From Microcystis aeruginosa NIES-843 (lineage in GTDB: Bacteria; Cyanobacteriota; Cyanobacteriia; Cyanobacteriales; Microcystaceae), in NCBI RefSeq assembly GCF_000010625.1, contig NC_010296.1:3420001-3452000 (forward strand): a stretch of DNA of 32,000 bases, read 5' to 3'. Positions 18,002 to 26,417 of this stretch are shown piece after piece. The notes beneath the pieces were generated by a model. That model had not been told where the DNA came from. It searched no databases and was given only the letters and a program-made list of their open reading frames with translations. Within the stretch, counting starts at the first letter, position 1. Every line of letters starts with the position of its first letter. Made by a program: the position numbers and the translations under genes.

Positions 18002-19339
18002 ATGAGTAATCTAATTCGCAAATATACACCCCCCACCTGTACCCTAGAAATTTGGGGAAATAGTTCGCCTCTGGCGGTTTGGTTAGGTAAAAATGTCTTA
18101 AACGATGCCCACTTTCAATTGCGTTTTGATGATCCTAGATTGAGTGAGGAAAAACAGGTGACGATCAAAGGCGATCGCACACAATTACAACTCCTAGGGG
18201 AAATTGTCGCTAATTATGTGCAGAATTTACTCTCTAGTCCCGTTTCTACCCTCTCTTTCGTGGCTAGTGGTTCCCCCGAAAGCCATCTCCCCTCCTTACC
18301 CTCTCTCCGTTGTCAGGGACTTCTGCAGCATCAATTATTTTTAGGTTCCCTGCTAACCGATCAGGATAAACAGGAGATCGAATTAACCACATCGCAATTA
18401 TTCGATCTAGCCAATGCTTTAGGGGAATATAACCATGAAAGCCCCCTAATACCCCCATTAATTCGCCAGAAAACTCGAAAAAATGCCCTGATGTGGACGG
18501 GATTAATCGCCTCAGCCCTAATAACTATCGGGGGAATAGCGATCGCATTTTATCAACAGCAAGAATTGGCCAACAATGATTTAACCACTGATCCCAATAG
18601 TGCCAAGATTCCCCAACCCTTGCCAACGCTGCCTTTACCCCCCACGGGAACGGCCGCCCCAAACCCGCAGTTACCGGCAAATTTGGGCAATAAAACCCCT
18701 TTACCGCCACCGCCACCCGTGGGAACCGTTCCAGCCCCAGTTCGTCCCTCTAGCGTCCCTCTAGTGATTCCGCCGTCCACTTTACCGCCGCCACCAGTCA
18801 CAGGTTCGCGTCCCGGCGGCACGGCGATCATAATTGAACCGAATAATCAGAACATCCCGATTACTGCCCCCCCCGTCACCAGCACTCAGGGTACAAATGC
18901 ACTGACAAATGTTCCCCCCACCACGATGAATCCGAGTCCAGCACCGCCAAAATTGCCCAATTTACCGCCTATAAGCCCTATTAACCCCGACAATGCCAAT
19001 TTAGACCCCAAACCGCCCACAAGCACCGCTAAAGCCCCAGAGACGAACTTACTAGATACAATTCCCCAAGTGGCAGAAACCAGAGAATATTTTCAATCCC
19101 GTTGGCAACCGCCGGAAAGTCTCAAGCATACTCTAGAGTACCGTTTGGTCTTAAATCAGGATGGTTCCCTAAAACAGATTATTCCCCTGGGACAGGCGGC
19201 GAAAATCTATCTCGATCGCACTAATATGCCCCTGCTCAATCAACCTTTTGTTTCTCCCCTCGATGTCCCCGGTAATCCCCAATTGCGTCTGGTGCTTGGT
19301 TCTGATGGTACGGTGCGGACTTTTATGGAACAGCAATAG
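18002..19339 (+). CDS. DUF4335-family protein with long Pro-rich linker
   Basis: N-terminus RKYTPPTCTLEIWGNSSPLAVW...FQLRFDDPRL...IKGDRTQLQLL matches the DUF4335 signature. One TM is followed by ~150 aa of Pro-rich sequence. Confidence 0.6.
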   Translation: MSNLIRKYTPPTCTLEIWGNSSPLAVWLGKNVLNDAHFQLRFDDPRLSEEKQVTIKGDRTQLQLLGEIVANYVQNLLSSPVSTLSFVASGSPESHLPSLPSLRCQGLLQHQLFLGSLLTDQDKQEIELTTSQLFDLANALGEYNHESPLIPPLIRQKTRKNALMWTGLIASALITIGGIAIAFYQQQELANNDLTTDPNSAKIPQPLPTLPLPPTGTAAPNPQLPANLGNKTPLPPPPPVGTVPAPVRPSSVPLVIPPSTLPPPPVTGSRPGGTAIIIEPNNQNIPITAPPVTSTQGTNALTNVPPTTMNPSPAPPKLPNLPPISPINPDNANLDPKPPTSTAKAPETNLLDTIPQVAETREYFQSRWQPPESLKHTLEYRLVLNQDGSLKQIIPLGQAAKIYLDRTNMPLLNQPFVSPLDVPGNPQLRLVLGSDGTVRTFMEQQ

Positions 19340-19476
19340 GCTGTAAGCTGCTCGCGGGTTGAAATTGCTTGTTGAGACGAGGCAACGGGCAAGAGGCAAG
19401 ACCCCCCAACCCCTCAGGGGGGTAAGATACCTGCCAAGAATAAGGAAAAATGGTATTGTAAAGTTTCAATACAAAT

Positions 19477-19680
19477 ATGGTCATATATAGTCATTCATGG
19501 CAATATGTACAGACAAAACTATCAGACTATGCAAAAAAAACAGGAATAAGTTATCGAACGGCTTGGAGGTGGTGGAAACAAGGGAATTTAACAGGCTATC
19601 AATTGCCTTCTGGTACAATTATGACAACGGATGACAACCCTTCAAAACCCGACGCTGAGTTAAAAGACAACGGACAATAA
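19477..19680 (+). pseudogene. tnpA: IS607-type tnpA reduced to its N-terminal HTH (serine-recombinase core deleted)
   Basis: KLSDYAKKTGISYRTAWRWWKQGNLTGYQLPSGTI matches the N-terminal HTH of IS607-family serine transposases. No catalytic-Ser domain follows. The stop overlaps the tnpB start (TAATG). Confidence 0.6.
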
Positions 19681-20897
19681 TGTTAGTAGCCGAAAGACAC
19701 ATTATCAAGAAAGGACATCGATTTTGGGCTGAGATAGATAATTTATCTTGGCAGTCTAAAAATCTCTACAACTCAGCCAATTATTTAATCCGACAAAACT
19801 TCATTTATGGTCATGGCTATTTGACCTATAATCAGATGGCCTCTCTCATGAAAAAGACAGAACAGTATCAAGCTTTACCTGCTAAAGTTTCCCAACAAGT
19901 TTTAAGAGGATTAGACTGGAACTGGAAATCATTTTTTGCCGCTTCATCGGAGTTTAAAAGTCACCCCGATAAATTTCTGGTCAAACCCAAAATCCCTGGC
20001 TATAAGGAGCAAAAAAAAGGAAGAAATCTCTTAGTTTACACGATTCAATCCCTAAGCAAAGTAGGTCTTAGGCAAGGATTGGTCAAACTATCAGGTACTT
20101 CAATTGCCTTGCCGACAAGAGTGGCGGAGCGCATAGCAGAAGTTAGAATAGTTCCTAAATGTGATTGTTATGTAATCGAGGTAATTTATGAGAAAACTGA
20201 ACAGTTCTTAGCTCCTAATGAAAAGATAGCTGCGATAGATTTAGGCATAGATAATTTCATGGCTGTAACTTCAAATCAACCGGACTTTATCCCTTTGTTG
20301 ATTAATGGCAGACCGTTAAAAAGCCTGAATCAATTTTATAACCAACGTCGAGCTAAGTTACAATCTCTGTTAAATCGTCAAAGTTCCCAGAGGATTCGCC
20401 GTTTAACCCGTTGCCGTAATCAGAAAGTAGATGATTATCTTCATAAAGCTAGTCGTTATTTGGTTAAGCTCTTAGTTGACCAACAAATTACTACTTTAGT
20501 TATTGGTAATAATCCAGGGTGGAAACAAGAAGTGAACTTAGGAAAAGTCAACAATCAAAAATTTGTGACCATCCCTCATGCTCGATTAATTGAGATGATT
20601 AGTTATAAATGTCAATTAGTAGGAATCTCTGTGATTCTTCAAGAAGAATCCTATACCTCAGCTTCTAATTTTTTGAATGACGATCCTCTCCCCGTTTATG
20701 GACAGATAACTGAAAAGCCAGTGTTTTCAGGAAAAAGAATTTCGCGAGGGTTATATCGTACAGATAGAGGATTTCTTTGTCAATCTGATGTCATGGGTTC
20801 CTACAATATTTTACGAAAAGCATTCCCAAATGCGTTTAACTGCTATGGGATAGAGAGGTGCGTAGTTCACCCAAGGAGAATCAATCTCTCGAAGTAA
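19680..20897 (+). CDS. tnpB: TnpB-family protein (IS607-associated type, no zinc-finger cysteines)
   Basis: RuvC-I AAIDLGIDNF and RuvC-III-like QSDVMGSYNILRK are present. The RuvC-II position reads TLVIGNNPGWKQE, with Gly where the other tnpB in this window has Glu. Both CxxC pairs are absent. Confidence 0.85.
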   Translation: MLVAERHIIKKGHRFWAEIDNLSWQSKNLYNSANYLIRQNFIYGHGYLTYNQMASLMKKTEQYQALPAKVSQQVLRGLDWNWKSFFAASSEFKSHPDKFLVKPKIPGYKEQKKGRNLLVYTIQSLSKVGLRQGLVKLSGTSIALPTRVAERIAEVRIVPKCDCYVIEVIYEKTEQFLAPNEKIAAIDLGIDNFMAVTSNQPDFIPLLINGRPLKSLNQFYNQRRAKLQSLLNRQSSQRIRRLTRCRNQKVDDYLHKASRYLVKLLVDQQITTLVIGNNPGWKQEVNLGKVNNQKFVTIPHARLIEMISYKCQLVGISVILQEESYTSASNFLNDDPLPVYGQITEKPVFSGKRISRGLYRTDRGFLCQSDVMGSYNILRKAFPNAFNCYGIERCVVHPRRINLSK

Positions 20898-20986
20898 AAG
20901 TGAAGGGAATTTCTGAAATGGAATTCAGTCTGTCTATATTTGACTATACTTTTACTAACTATCAGATGCTCTATTAGAGATTAAGA

Positions 20987-21032
20987 AAAGCTGTCGTAGA
21001 ACGACGGGGTTTTCAACCCAAATTTTCGCTCA
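20987..21032 (-). repeat. solo, inverted copy of the IS1341-type left-end hairpin segment
   Basis: The reverse complement CGAAAATTTGGGTTGAAAACCCCGTCGTTCTACGACAGCTTT is ~93% identical to LE bases 23123-23164 and 7554-7595. Homology stops after ~42 nt. Confidence 0.7.
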
Positions 21033-21067
21033 ATGTTCCGCTATGGTAAAAGGGTTACGGAGTCCTC

Positions 21068-23089
21068 CTAGCACCCGCACACCACACGAAAACCGTAGTA
21101 GTGGTAGGTGCTGACGCGCCTAGCGAAGAAGCTGCGGAAAGCGGAACGACAGAGACCTGGATTGCCGTACCAAGAACCGCCCCGTAATAGAGAACGATTA
21201 TTATTCTCAGTAATCCACGCCGACCCGTCCTCTGGCGCTCCGGTATAGTTATCGTGCCAATCGTCCGCGCACCATTCCCAGACTTGCCCGTGCATATCGT
21301 AAAGTCCGAAAGCGTTGGGGGGAAACTGCCCGACGGGAGTGGTTTGTTGTCGATAAGTACCCTTTTTACCGTCGGCGTAGGTATAGTTTCCGTGATAGTT
21401 CGCTATTTCGGTGGAGAGGGTAGCCCCGAAAGCAAAAGGAGTGGTCGTTCCTGCGCGACAAGCGTATTCCCACTGTGCCTCGCTGGGGAGATGATAATCT
21501 TTCTGAGTAAGCTTGGATAGCCGTTTACAGAATTCTACGGCTTGATACCAGTTCACACACTCTACCGGTCGATTATTTCCCTTGAAGTACGAGGGGTCGA
21601 GGGATAGGTCGATGTCGATTTTCGCCTGAGATGCGATGATTCGCCATTGCTCTTGGGTAATGGGATATTTGCCCATGTAGAAAGAGGGAACGGTGACTCG
21701 ATGCTGCGGTTTTTCGTAGTTATGCCCCTCACCATCGGGCGATCCCATGAGGAAAGTACCGCCAGGGATATAGACTATTTCTAGGTCGATATTATTGCCG
21801 AGGTTTTCGCTCTTTTGAAAACCTTTTCCCAGGCGAGGTTTGATTATATTCCCTCTGGGATCAACGGTGATGATCTCGAAGGAGAATTCTTTCCCTTTTT
21901 CCTCCTCCTGACTACAATCTTCCTCTTCTACTCCCCGCTTATTTTCCTCTCGCTCTTTTTCTTTCTCAAATCGTCTTGCTAATTGCTGTTCGTAGGCTTC
22001 TCGAACTTTCTTTTGCTTGGCTTTAAGAAGATCGCTATAGGGTTGAATTAACTCTTTTTTGAGATCGATATTCGGTAAGCGGACTTCGTAGTAGGGATCG
22101 AGATTTAGATAATAAATATCGATATAAAAAGCCAAGAGAATTTGGTGAATTTTGATAATTACCGCTCTAATAATCAAGAGGATTTCATCTTCGGTTTTTC
22201 CTGCCTTTAATAATTCCCGTTCTACTTCTCGCCAATTCCATTCGATCGGTGAGAAAGACATCGCTTGCTTATCCTGCATTTTCCAAGAGGCAACTCGAAA
22301 GGTCACGGCATCCGATCGAATGTCTGTATAGATTATATATACAGGTACGCAGGACAACAAACCATGTAACCGTTCGATTTCGATTTCCTCGATTGGTTGC
22401 TTGAAATAATCTCCAAAAAATTTAACGGGATATAGTTGATCATTAACTGAATAGTAATCCGCAAGAAAAGAACTCACCTTTCGCATCTCTAGCTTGAAAT
22501 CTAACTTCCTCATGGCAGCTAGGGAGCGATCGCTCGCTACACTGGGTAAACAGGCTAATATCAAGAGAGTTTGTTGATATTTCTTGAGAATCTGCTCGGT
22601 TTCAAAGCGACTCAACTGCGATAACCATGTATCTTTGTCCCACTCAGCTTGAATTTCTTGCAGCTTTAACTCAATTTCTTTTTCTTGCTGTTCTCTTAGT
22701 AGTTCTTGCCGTAGATAACTCAGGTTACGTTGTTCTTTTTGGATGGCGATTTTGATTTCTTTCAATTCAAGAGAAAGATTTTCTAAACCGATTCTTTCCC
22801 TAGGGATTTCATTATCTGTTTCTTGTTGCAGCAATTCGCACTTGAATTGCTGCAACGCCAATTCAAGTGCGAATTGGCGTTGTTTTCTTTGCAGTTGTAG
22901 GGATTGATTATCGAGTTCCAGCTTTTTTTTGTAGTAAGATAACTCGGCTTTTTTGACTTCGCTATTATTTTCCACTACGGAGGCACCATGACGAGATGCT
23001 TGATCATCATTAGATAGAAGGCGCTCCATCAGCTTCAGTGCCACCCGGGAGATACCAACAACAATTTGCTCGATCATTACCGCGTCCAT
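21068..23089 (-). CDS. 673-aa protein: N-terminal helix, long coiled coil, unassigned alpha/beta module, acidic linker, C-terminal FGE-sulfatase (SUMF1-like) domain
   Basis: FGE-domain motifs: IPGGTFLMGSP, HRVTVPSFYMGKYPITQEQW, PVECVNWYQAVEFCKRLS, LPSEAQWEYACRAG, FGLYDMHGQVWEWC, RGGSW. A GAGGAG Shine-Dalgarno lies 8 nt upstream of the ATG. Confidence 0.85.
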   Translation of the reverse strand: MDAVMIEQIVVGISRVALKLMERLLSNDDQASRHGASVVENNSEVKKAELSYYKKKLELDNQSLQLQRKQRQFALELALQQFKCELLQQETDNEIPRERIGLENLSLELKEIKIAIQKEQRNLSYLRQELLREQQEKEIELKLQEIQAEWDKDTWLSQLSRFETEQILKKYQQTLLILACLPSVASDRSLAAMRKLDFKLEMRKVSSFLADYYSVNDQLYPVKFFGDYFKQPIEEIEIERLHGLLSCVPVYIIYTDIRSDAVTFRVASWKMQDKQAMSFSPIEWNWREVERELLKAGKTEDEILLIIRAVIIKIHQILLAFYIDIYYLNLDPYYEVRLPNIDLKKELIQPYSDLLKAKQKKVREAYEQQLARRFEKEKEREENKRGVEEEDCSQEEEKGKEFSFEIITVDPRGNIIKPRLGKGFQKSENLGNNIDLEIVYIPGGTFLMGSPDGEGHNYEKPQHRVTVPSFYMGKYPITQEQWRIIASQAKIDIDLSLDPSYFKGNNRPVECVNWYQAVEFCKRLSKLTQKDYHLPSEAQWEYACRAGTTTPFAFGATLSTEIANYHGNYTYADGKKGTYRQQTTPVGQFPPNAFGLYDMHGQVWEWCADDWHDNYTGAPEDGSAWITENNNRSLLRGGSWYGNPGLCRSAFRSFFARRVSTYHYYGFRVVCGC

Positions 23090-23211
23090 TAGACTAACTC
23101 CTCATACTGTAGTGTTTTCATCGAAAATTTGGGTCTGAAACCCCGTCGTTCTACGACGGCTTTACCGTTAAATATTAGCGCATTTACACGATATATGCTA
23201 GAATGCGAGAT

Positions 23212-24313
23212 ATGGAAAAAGCCTATTCTTACCGATTTTACCCAACACCAGAACAAGAGTCGCTATTGCGGCGCACTTTGGGCTGTGTAAGATTAGTTTA
23301 CAACAAAGCTCTCCACGAACGAACACAAGCTTGGTATGAAAGACAAGAAAGAGTAGGCTACGCTCAAACTTCTGGTTCTTCGGTTTGTCTTATGCAATGG
23401 ACGGGGTTATAAGGAATGAAACCTTTATAGAGACAGACATTGCCGCAATTTTTGTCAATTGTTGGCGATCTGGAGCGAACTAATCAATTAAATCTCTTGC
23501 CAGATAAGGATTTAGTCGATTTATGCCCCCATGTCGAACCATACCAAGTCCCGAAGAGCCTTTACAACAAGGGTTAAGACATTTACAAACAGCTTTTACT
23601 AATTTCTTTGCTGGTCGGACTAAGTATCCTAACTTTAAGAAAAAACATCAGGGAGGAAGTGCCGAATTTACCAAGTCTGCTTTTAAATTTAAAGACAAAC
23701 AAATCTATTTAGCCAAATGCACAGAACCTTTACCTATTCGATGGTCAAGAAAAATACCAGAAAGCTGTGAACCAAGCACAGTAACAGTCAGATTACATCC
23801 CTCAGGACGTTGGCATATTTCAATTAGATTTGATGACCCAACGATTAAGCCATTACCAGTAACAGATAAAGCCATCGGAATTGACTTAGGAATTAGTAGC
23901 CTAGTAATTACCAGCAATGGCGATAAAGTATCTAATCCTAAGCACTTTAAAAAGCATTATCGGAGACTGCGAAAGGACCCAAAAAGTCTTTCTCGAAAAC
24001 AGAAAGGCTCAAAAAATCGGGAAAAAGCGAGAATCAAAGTAGCCAAGATTCACGCCCAAATTACTGATAACAGAAAAGACCATTTACACAAGCTAACCAC
24101 TCAATTAGTCCGTGAAAACCAAACGATTGTGGTTGAGAACTTAGCCGTCAAGAATATGGTCAAAAACCCGAAATTATCTCAGGCAATATCTGACGTTAGT
24201 TGGGGAGAAATCACCCGACAATTAGCCTATAAATGCCGTTGGTACGGGAAAAATTACATCGAAATAGATAGATGGTTTCCTAGCTCTAAAAGGTGTAGTA
24301 ATTGCGGGTATAT
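23212..24313 (+). pseudogene. tnpB: tnpB remnant: MITE insertion with ~65-bp deletion, plus 3' truncation
   Basis: MEKAYSYRFYPTPEQE... runs to 23373. The 187-bp MITE replaces the codons for SMLT.WKKQEEL.FLN.VSCV. The frame resumes at 23561 (PLQQGLRHLQ) and ends at ...CSNCGYI. Confidence 0.85.
23374..23560. mobile_element. 187-bp MITE, copy B
   Basis: Same length and orientation as 1195..1381 (TIR GGTTCTTCG / CGAAGAGCC). There is no TSD, consistent with an associated deletion. Confidence 0.8.
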
Positions 24314-24742
24314 CTGGACTTCCCCCGTATAAACATACTAGCTATGGCTAAAAGTCTTACAGAGCCTGAGTTAAAGCCATATAATACTAATGGACTACTG
24401 GACACAAAATCCTGAAGTCCTTACGCAGATAGGGTTTGAGGCAAAAATTTTCAAATTTGACCTTTCGACCATTATAGCTTGTTTCGGGGCAGAAAACCAT
24501 CAAAAACATGGCTACAGAGGGAATCGCTGACTCTAGAGATTAATGACACCATCTGTTACAATAAGGTTAGCGATCACTATACAGCCAACTCTACGGAATC
24601 GCTCTACTCCAGATACAGTCAACGGTACAGCCATTTTCAAGGGAAAAATGTACCCAGTAGCGGCTTGTCAATTTTTTCTGAGAAGCTCCAGGCAGTAAGG
24701 GTTTTGTTGATTTTTTAGTATTTCTGTATGGGGGAAGTCCAG
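24314..24742. mobile_element. 429-bp non-autonomous TIR element
   Basis: Termini CTGGACTTCCCCCGTA / TATGGGGGAAGTCCAG (about 15 of 16 complementary). No credible transposase ORF lies inside. Confidence 0.6.
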
Positions 24743-24990
24743 ATAAAAATGGTTATCGGCTTAGTCTGATCAAAGATTGTCAGGCAATCTTCGTGGTGTC
24801 TATCGGCGGACCGGCCGCCGCTAAGATGATTCAAGGTGGTGTTTATCCGGTGAAAAAAGATGCAGGTGGTCAAGCGCGGGAAATTTTGGCGGATTTACAG
24901 CGAGTGATTCAAACTTCGCCGCCACCCTGGATGGCCAAAGCTCTCGGCGTGGCTGATCGGCAAAGAGTGAAAAATTACAAGGGTTCTTAA
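24721..24990 (+). pseudogene. orphan 3' gene fragment of unknown family
   Basis: The frame opens directly at the TIR element boundary (…DKNGYRLSLIKDCQAIFVVSIGGPAAAKMIQGGVYPVKK…). No convincing start or RBS, and no family recognised. Confidence 0.25.
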
Positions 24991-25018
24991 GTAGTCGTGC
25001 AAAATTAATTTCCTAGTC

Positions 25019-25086
25019 GAGACTCGGAGACTCCGAGACTCCGAGACTCCGAGACTCCGAGACTCCGAGACGGGAGACTCCGAGAC
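25019..25086. repeat. tandem octamer (GAGACTCC) array, ~8 units
   Basis: Direct reading. It is bounded by a 12-bp inverted repeat, GCAAAATTAATT (24999-25010) / AATTAATTTTGC (25168-25179). Confidence 0.9.
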
Positions 25087-25193
25087 AGCTATTAGGGATC
25101 GGATTTGAGTTTTCAGTTCACTGTTTCCTCACACCAGAAGTCTGACGGAGTAGTGGCTTAGATGTGTAATTAATTTTGCTTAGGTACTTAATA

Positions 25194-25460
25194 TTAATTA
25201 ACAATAATCTCGTCGGTGCTGTCGGGTTGGTTTATTTCCGTTAGGGTTTGCCAACCTGATTGCCAGAGATTCGCATCTTGCAACTGTTTAGCATTAATCC
25301 AGAAGCGGACGGTCGGATCGCAGGAAGCGACTAATTCGGCAAAAACCCATTGACCGCGATTTTGACGATTGACCACTTGAAAATGTCGCCAGCCCCATGT
25401 TTTTTGTTTTGCCGTCCATTTTGATCCCAAGAGATGGGGATATTTCTGTTTTTTGGGCAT
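25194..25460 (-). CDS. TIGR02450-family tryptophan-rich small protein
   Basis: 88 aa. The SKWTA...WRHFQV...VFAELVA...INAKQLQD..LWQSGW pattern matches this family. Confidence 0.65.
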   Translation of the reverse strand: MPKKQKYPHLLGSKWTAKQKTWGWRHFQVVNRQNRGQWVFAELVASCDPTVRFWINAKQLQDANLWQSGWQTLTEINQPDSTDEIIVN

Positions 25461-25590
25461 AAAAGTTAAGACATCTGAGTTCGGGATAGGCTAAAACCCT
25501 TATATTATTCTATGTCTGCCAACCCGATTCTTTTCCAGAAGCCAAGGAGAGGAAAAATGATCGGGGCGCTTAAGTGCGCCCCAGTTTTGG

Positions 25591-26205
25591 CTAATAACCG
25601 CGCCAAACACCAACCAAAACCCCTTGCACTTGTACTTGTTCGGTATTGGCTGTAATTGGTTGGTATTTTTGATTGGAGGGTTGGAGAGTGATGATTTCGC
25701 CTTCTTGGTAGAAACGTTTTAAAGTAGTGCCGTGGCCTTCGACTCTAGCGGCGACGATTTCCCCATTGGAGACCGCTTCATTACCCGTGAGAGAACGCAT
25801 AATCACCAGATCCCCATCGGCAATATGATCCTCGATCATACTGTCTCCGGAAACCCGCAGAGCATAACAGTCTTGACTGCGTTGCAACAGGTTAGAAAGA
25901 TCGAGTTTTTCTTCCACATCGGTGAAGGGTTCCACTAAACCACCAGCAGCGATCGCACCCAGAACCGGTAAACCTTGCACTGGTTGTTTGAGAATCCGCA
26001 GGGTGCGTGCTTTTCCTTCTGTCCAATCAATATAGCCTTTGGCGCGTAAACGTTCTAAACGGCTTTGAATCGGTGCGGGAGAGCGTAAATTCATCGCTCG
26101 CATCATTTGCCGGATGGAAGGGGCGTGCTGAGTAGTGCTAATGTACTCAATTAGCCAGTCGTACAACTCCTGTTGCGCTTGAGTAAGGGATTCGAGGTTA
26201 GTCAT
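25591..26205 (-). CDS. lexA: LexA repressor (S24 peptidase)
   Basis: wHTH N-terminus (SIRQMMRAMNLRSPAPIQSRLERLRAKGYI), Ala-Gly site (GAIAAGG), catalytic Ser (VSGDSM) and Lys (TLKRF). Confidence 0.9.
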   Translation of the reverse strand: MTNLESLTQAQQELYDWLIEYISTTQHAPSIRQMMRAMNLRSPAPIQSRLERLRAKGYIDWTEGKARTLRILKQPVQGLPVLGAIAAGGLVEPFTDVEEKLDLSNLLQRSQDCYALRVSGDSMIEDHIADGDLVIMRSLTGNEAVSNGEIVAARVEGHGTTLKRFYQEGEIITLQPSNQKYQPITANTEQVQVQGVLVGVWRGY

Positions 26206-26237
26206 GATCTATTTTCCTATCCTTGGGTTAAGATAAT

Positions 26238-26253
26238 TTGTACTTTAGTTCAT
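26238..26253 (-). promoter_or_regulatory. putative cyanobacterial LexA box (GTAC-N4-GTTC)
   Basis: TTGTACTTTAGTTCAT lies 33-48 nt upstream of the lexA ATG and resembles the Anabaena-type box (AGTACnnnnGTTC). A half-degenerate second site, TAGTACATCTTAAC, is at 26266-26279. Confidence 0.5.
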
Positions 26254-26348
26254 TTGTGTTTAACCTAGTACATCTTAACTTCATCGGCTGACTAAATCAA
26301 CTGGTTATTAGATCTCTTGCAAAAATCAAAAATTGTCGTGCTTGGTTA

Positions 26349-26385
26349 GGAGACTCCGAGACAGGAGACTCCGAGACAGGAGACA
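26349..26385. repeat. tandem 15-mer (GGAGACTCCGAGACA)x2.5
   Basis: Direct reading. It has the same core and orientation as the 25019-25086 array. Confidence 0.9.
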
Positions 26386-26417
26386 GGGGATTATTTCTAT
26401 TTATTCTTCCGACACCC

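Larger units (their letters stand above)
23121..24313 (+). mobile_element. IS1341-type element, copy 3 (3'-truncated, doubly interrupted)
   Basis: The LE is identical in architecture to copy 1. Homology to the intact copy ends at 24313, where a 429-bp TIR element begins. The RE is absent. Confidence 0.8.

Noticed and set aside
18553-18831. 92-aa Gly-rich ORF
   Set aside because: It is the antisense reading of the Pro-rich linker of the DUF4335 protein (CCN codons read as GGN).
21254-21520. 88-aa plus-strand ORF within the FGE-domain region
   Set aside because: It is antisense to the 673-aa CDS, whose conserved FGE motifs fix the real frame.
24479-24718. 79-aa ORF inside the 429-bp TIR element
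   Set aside because: It has no RBS or recognisable domain and is too small for a transposase. The element is treated as non-autonomous.
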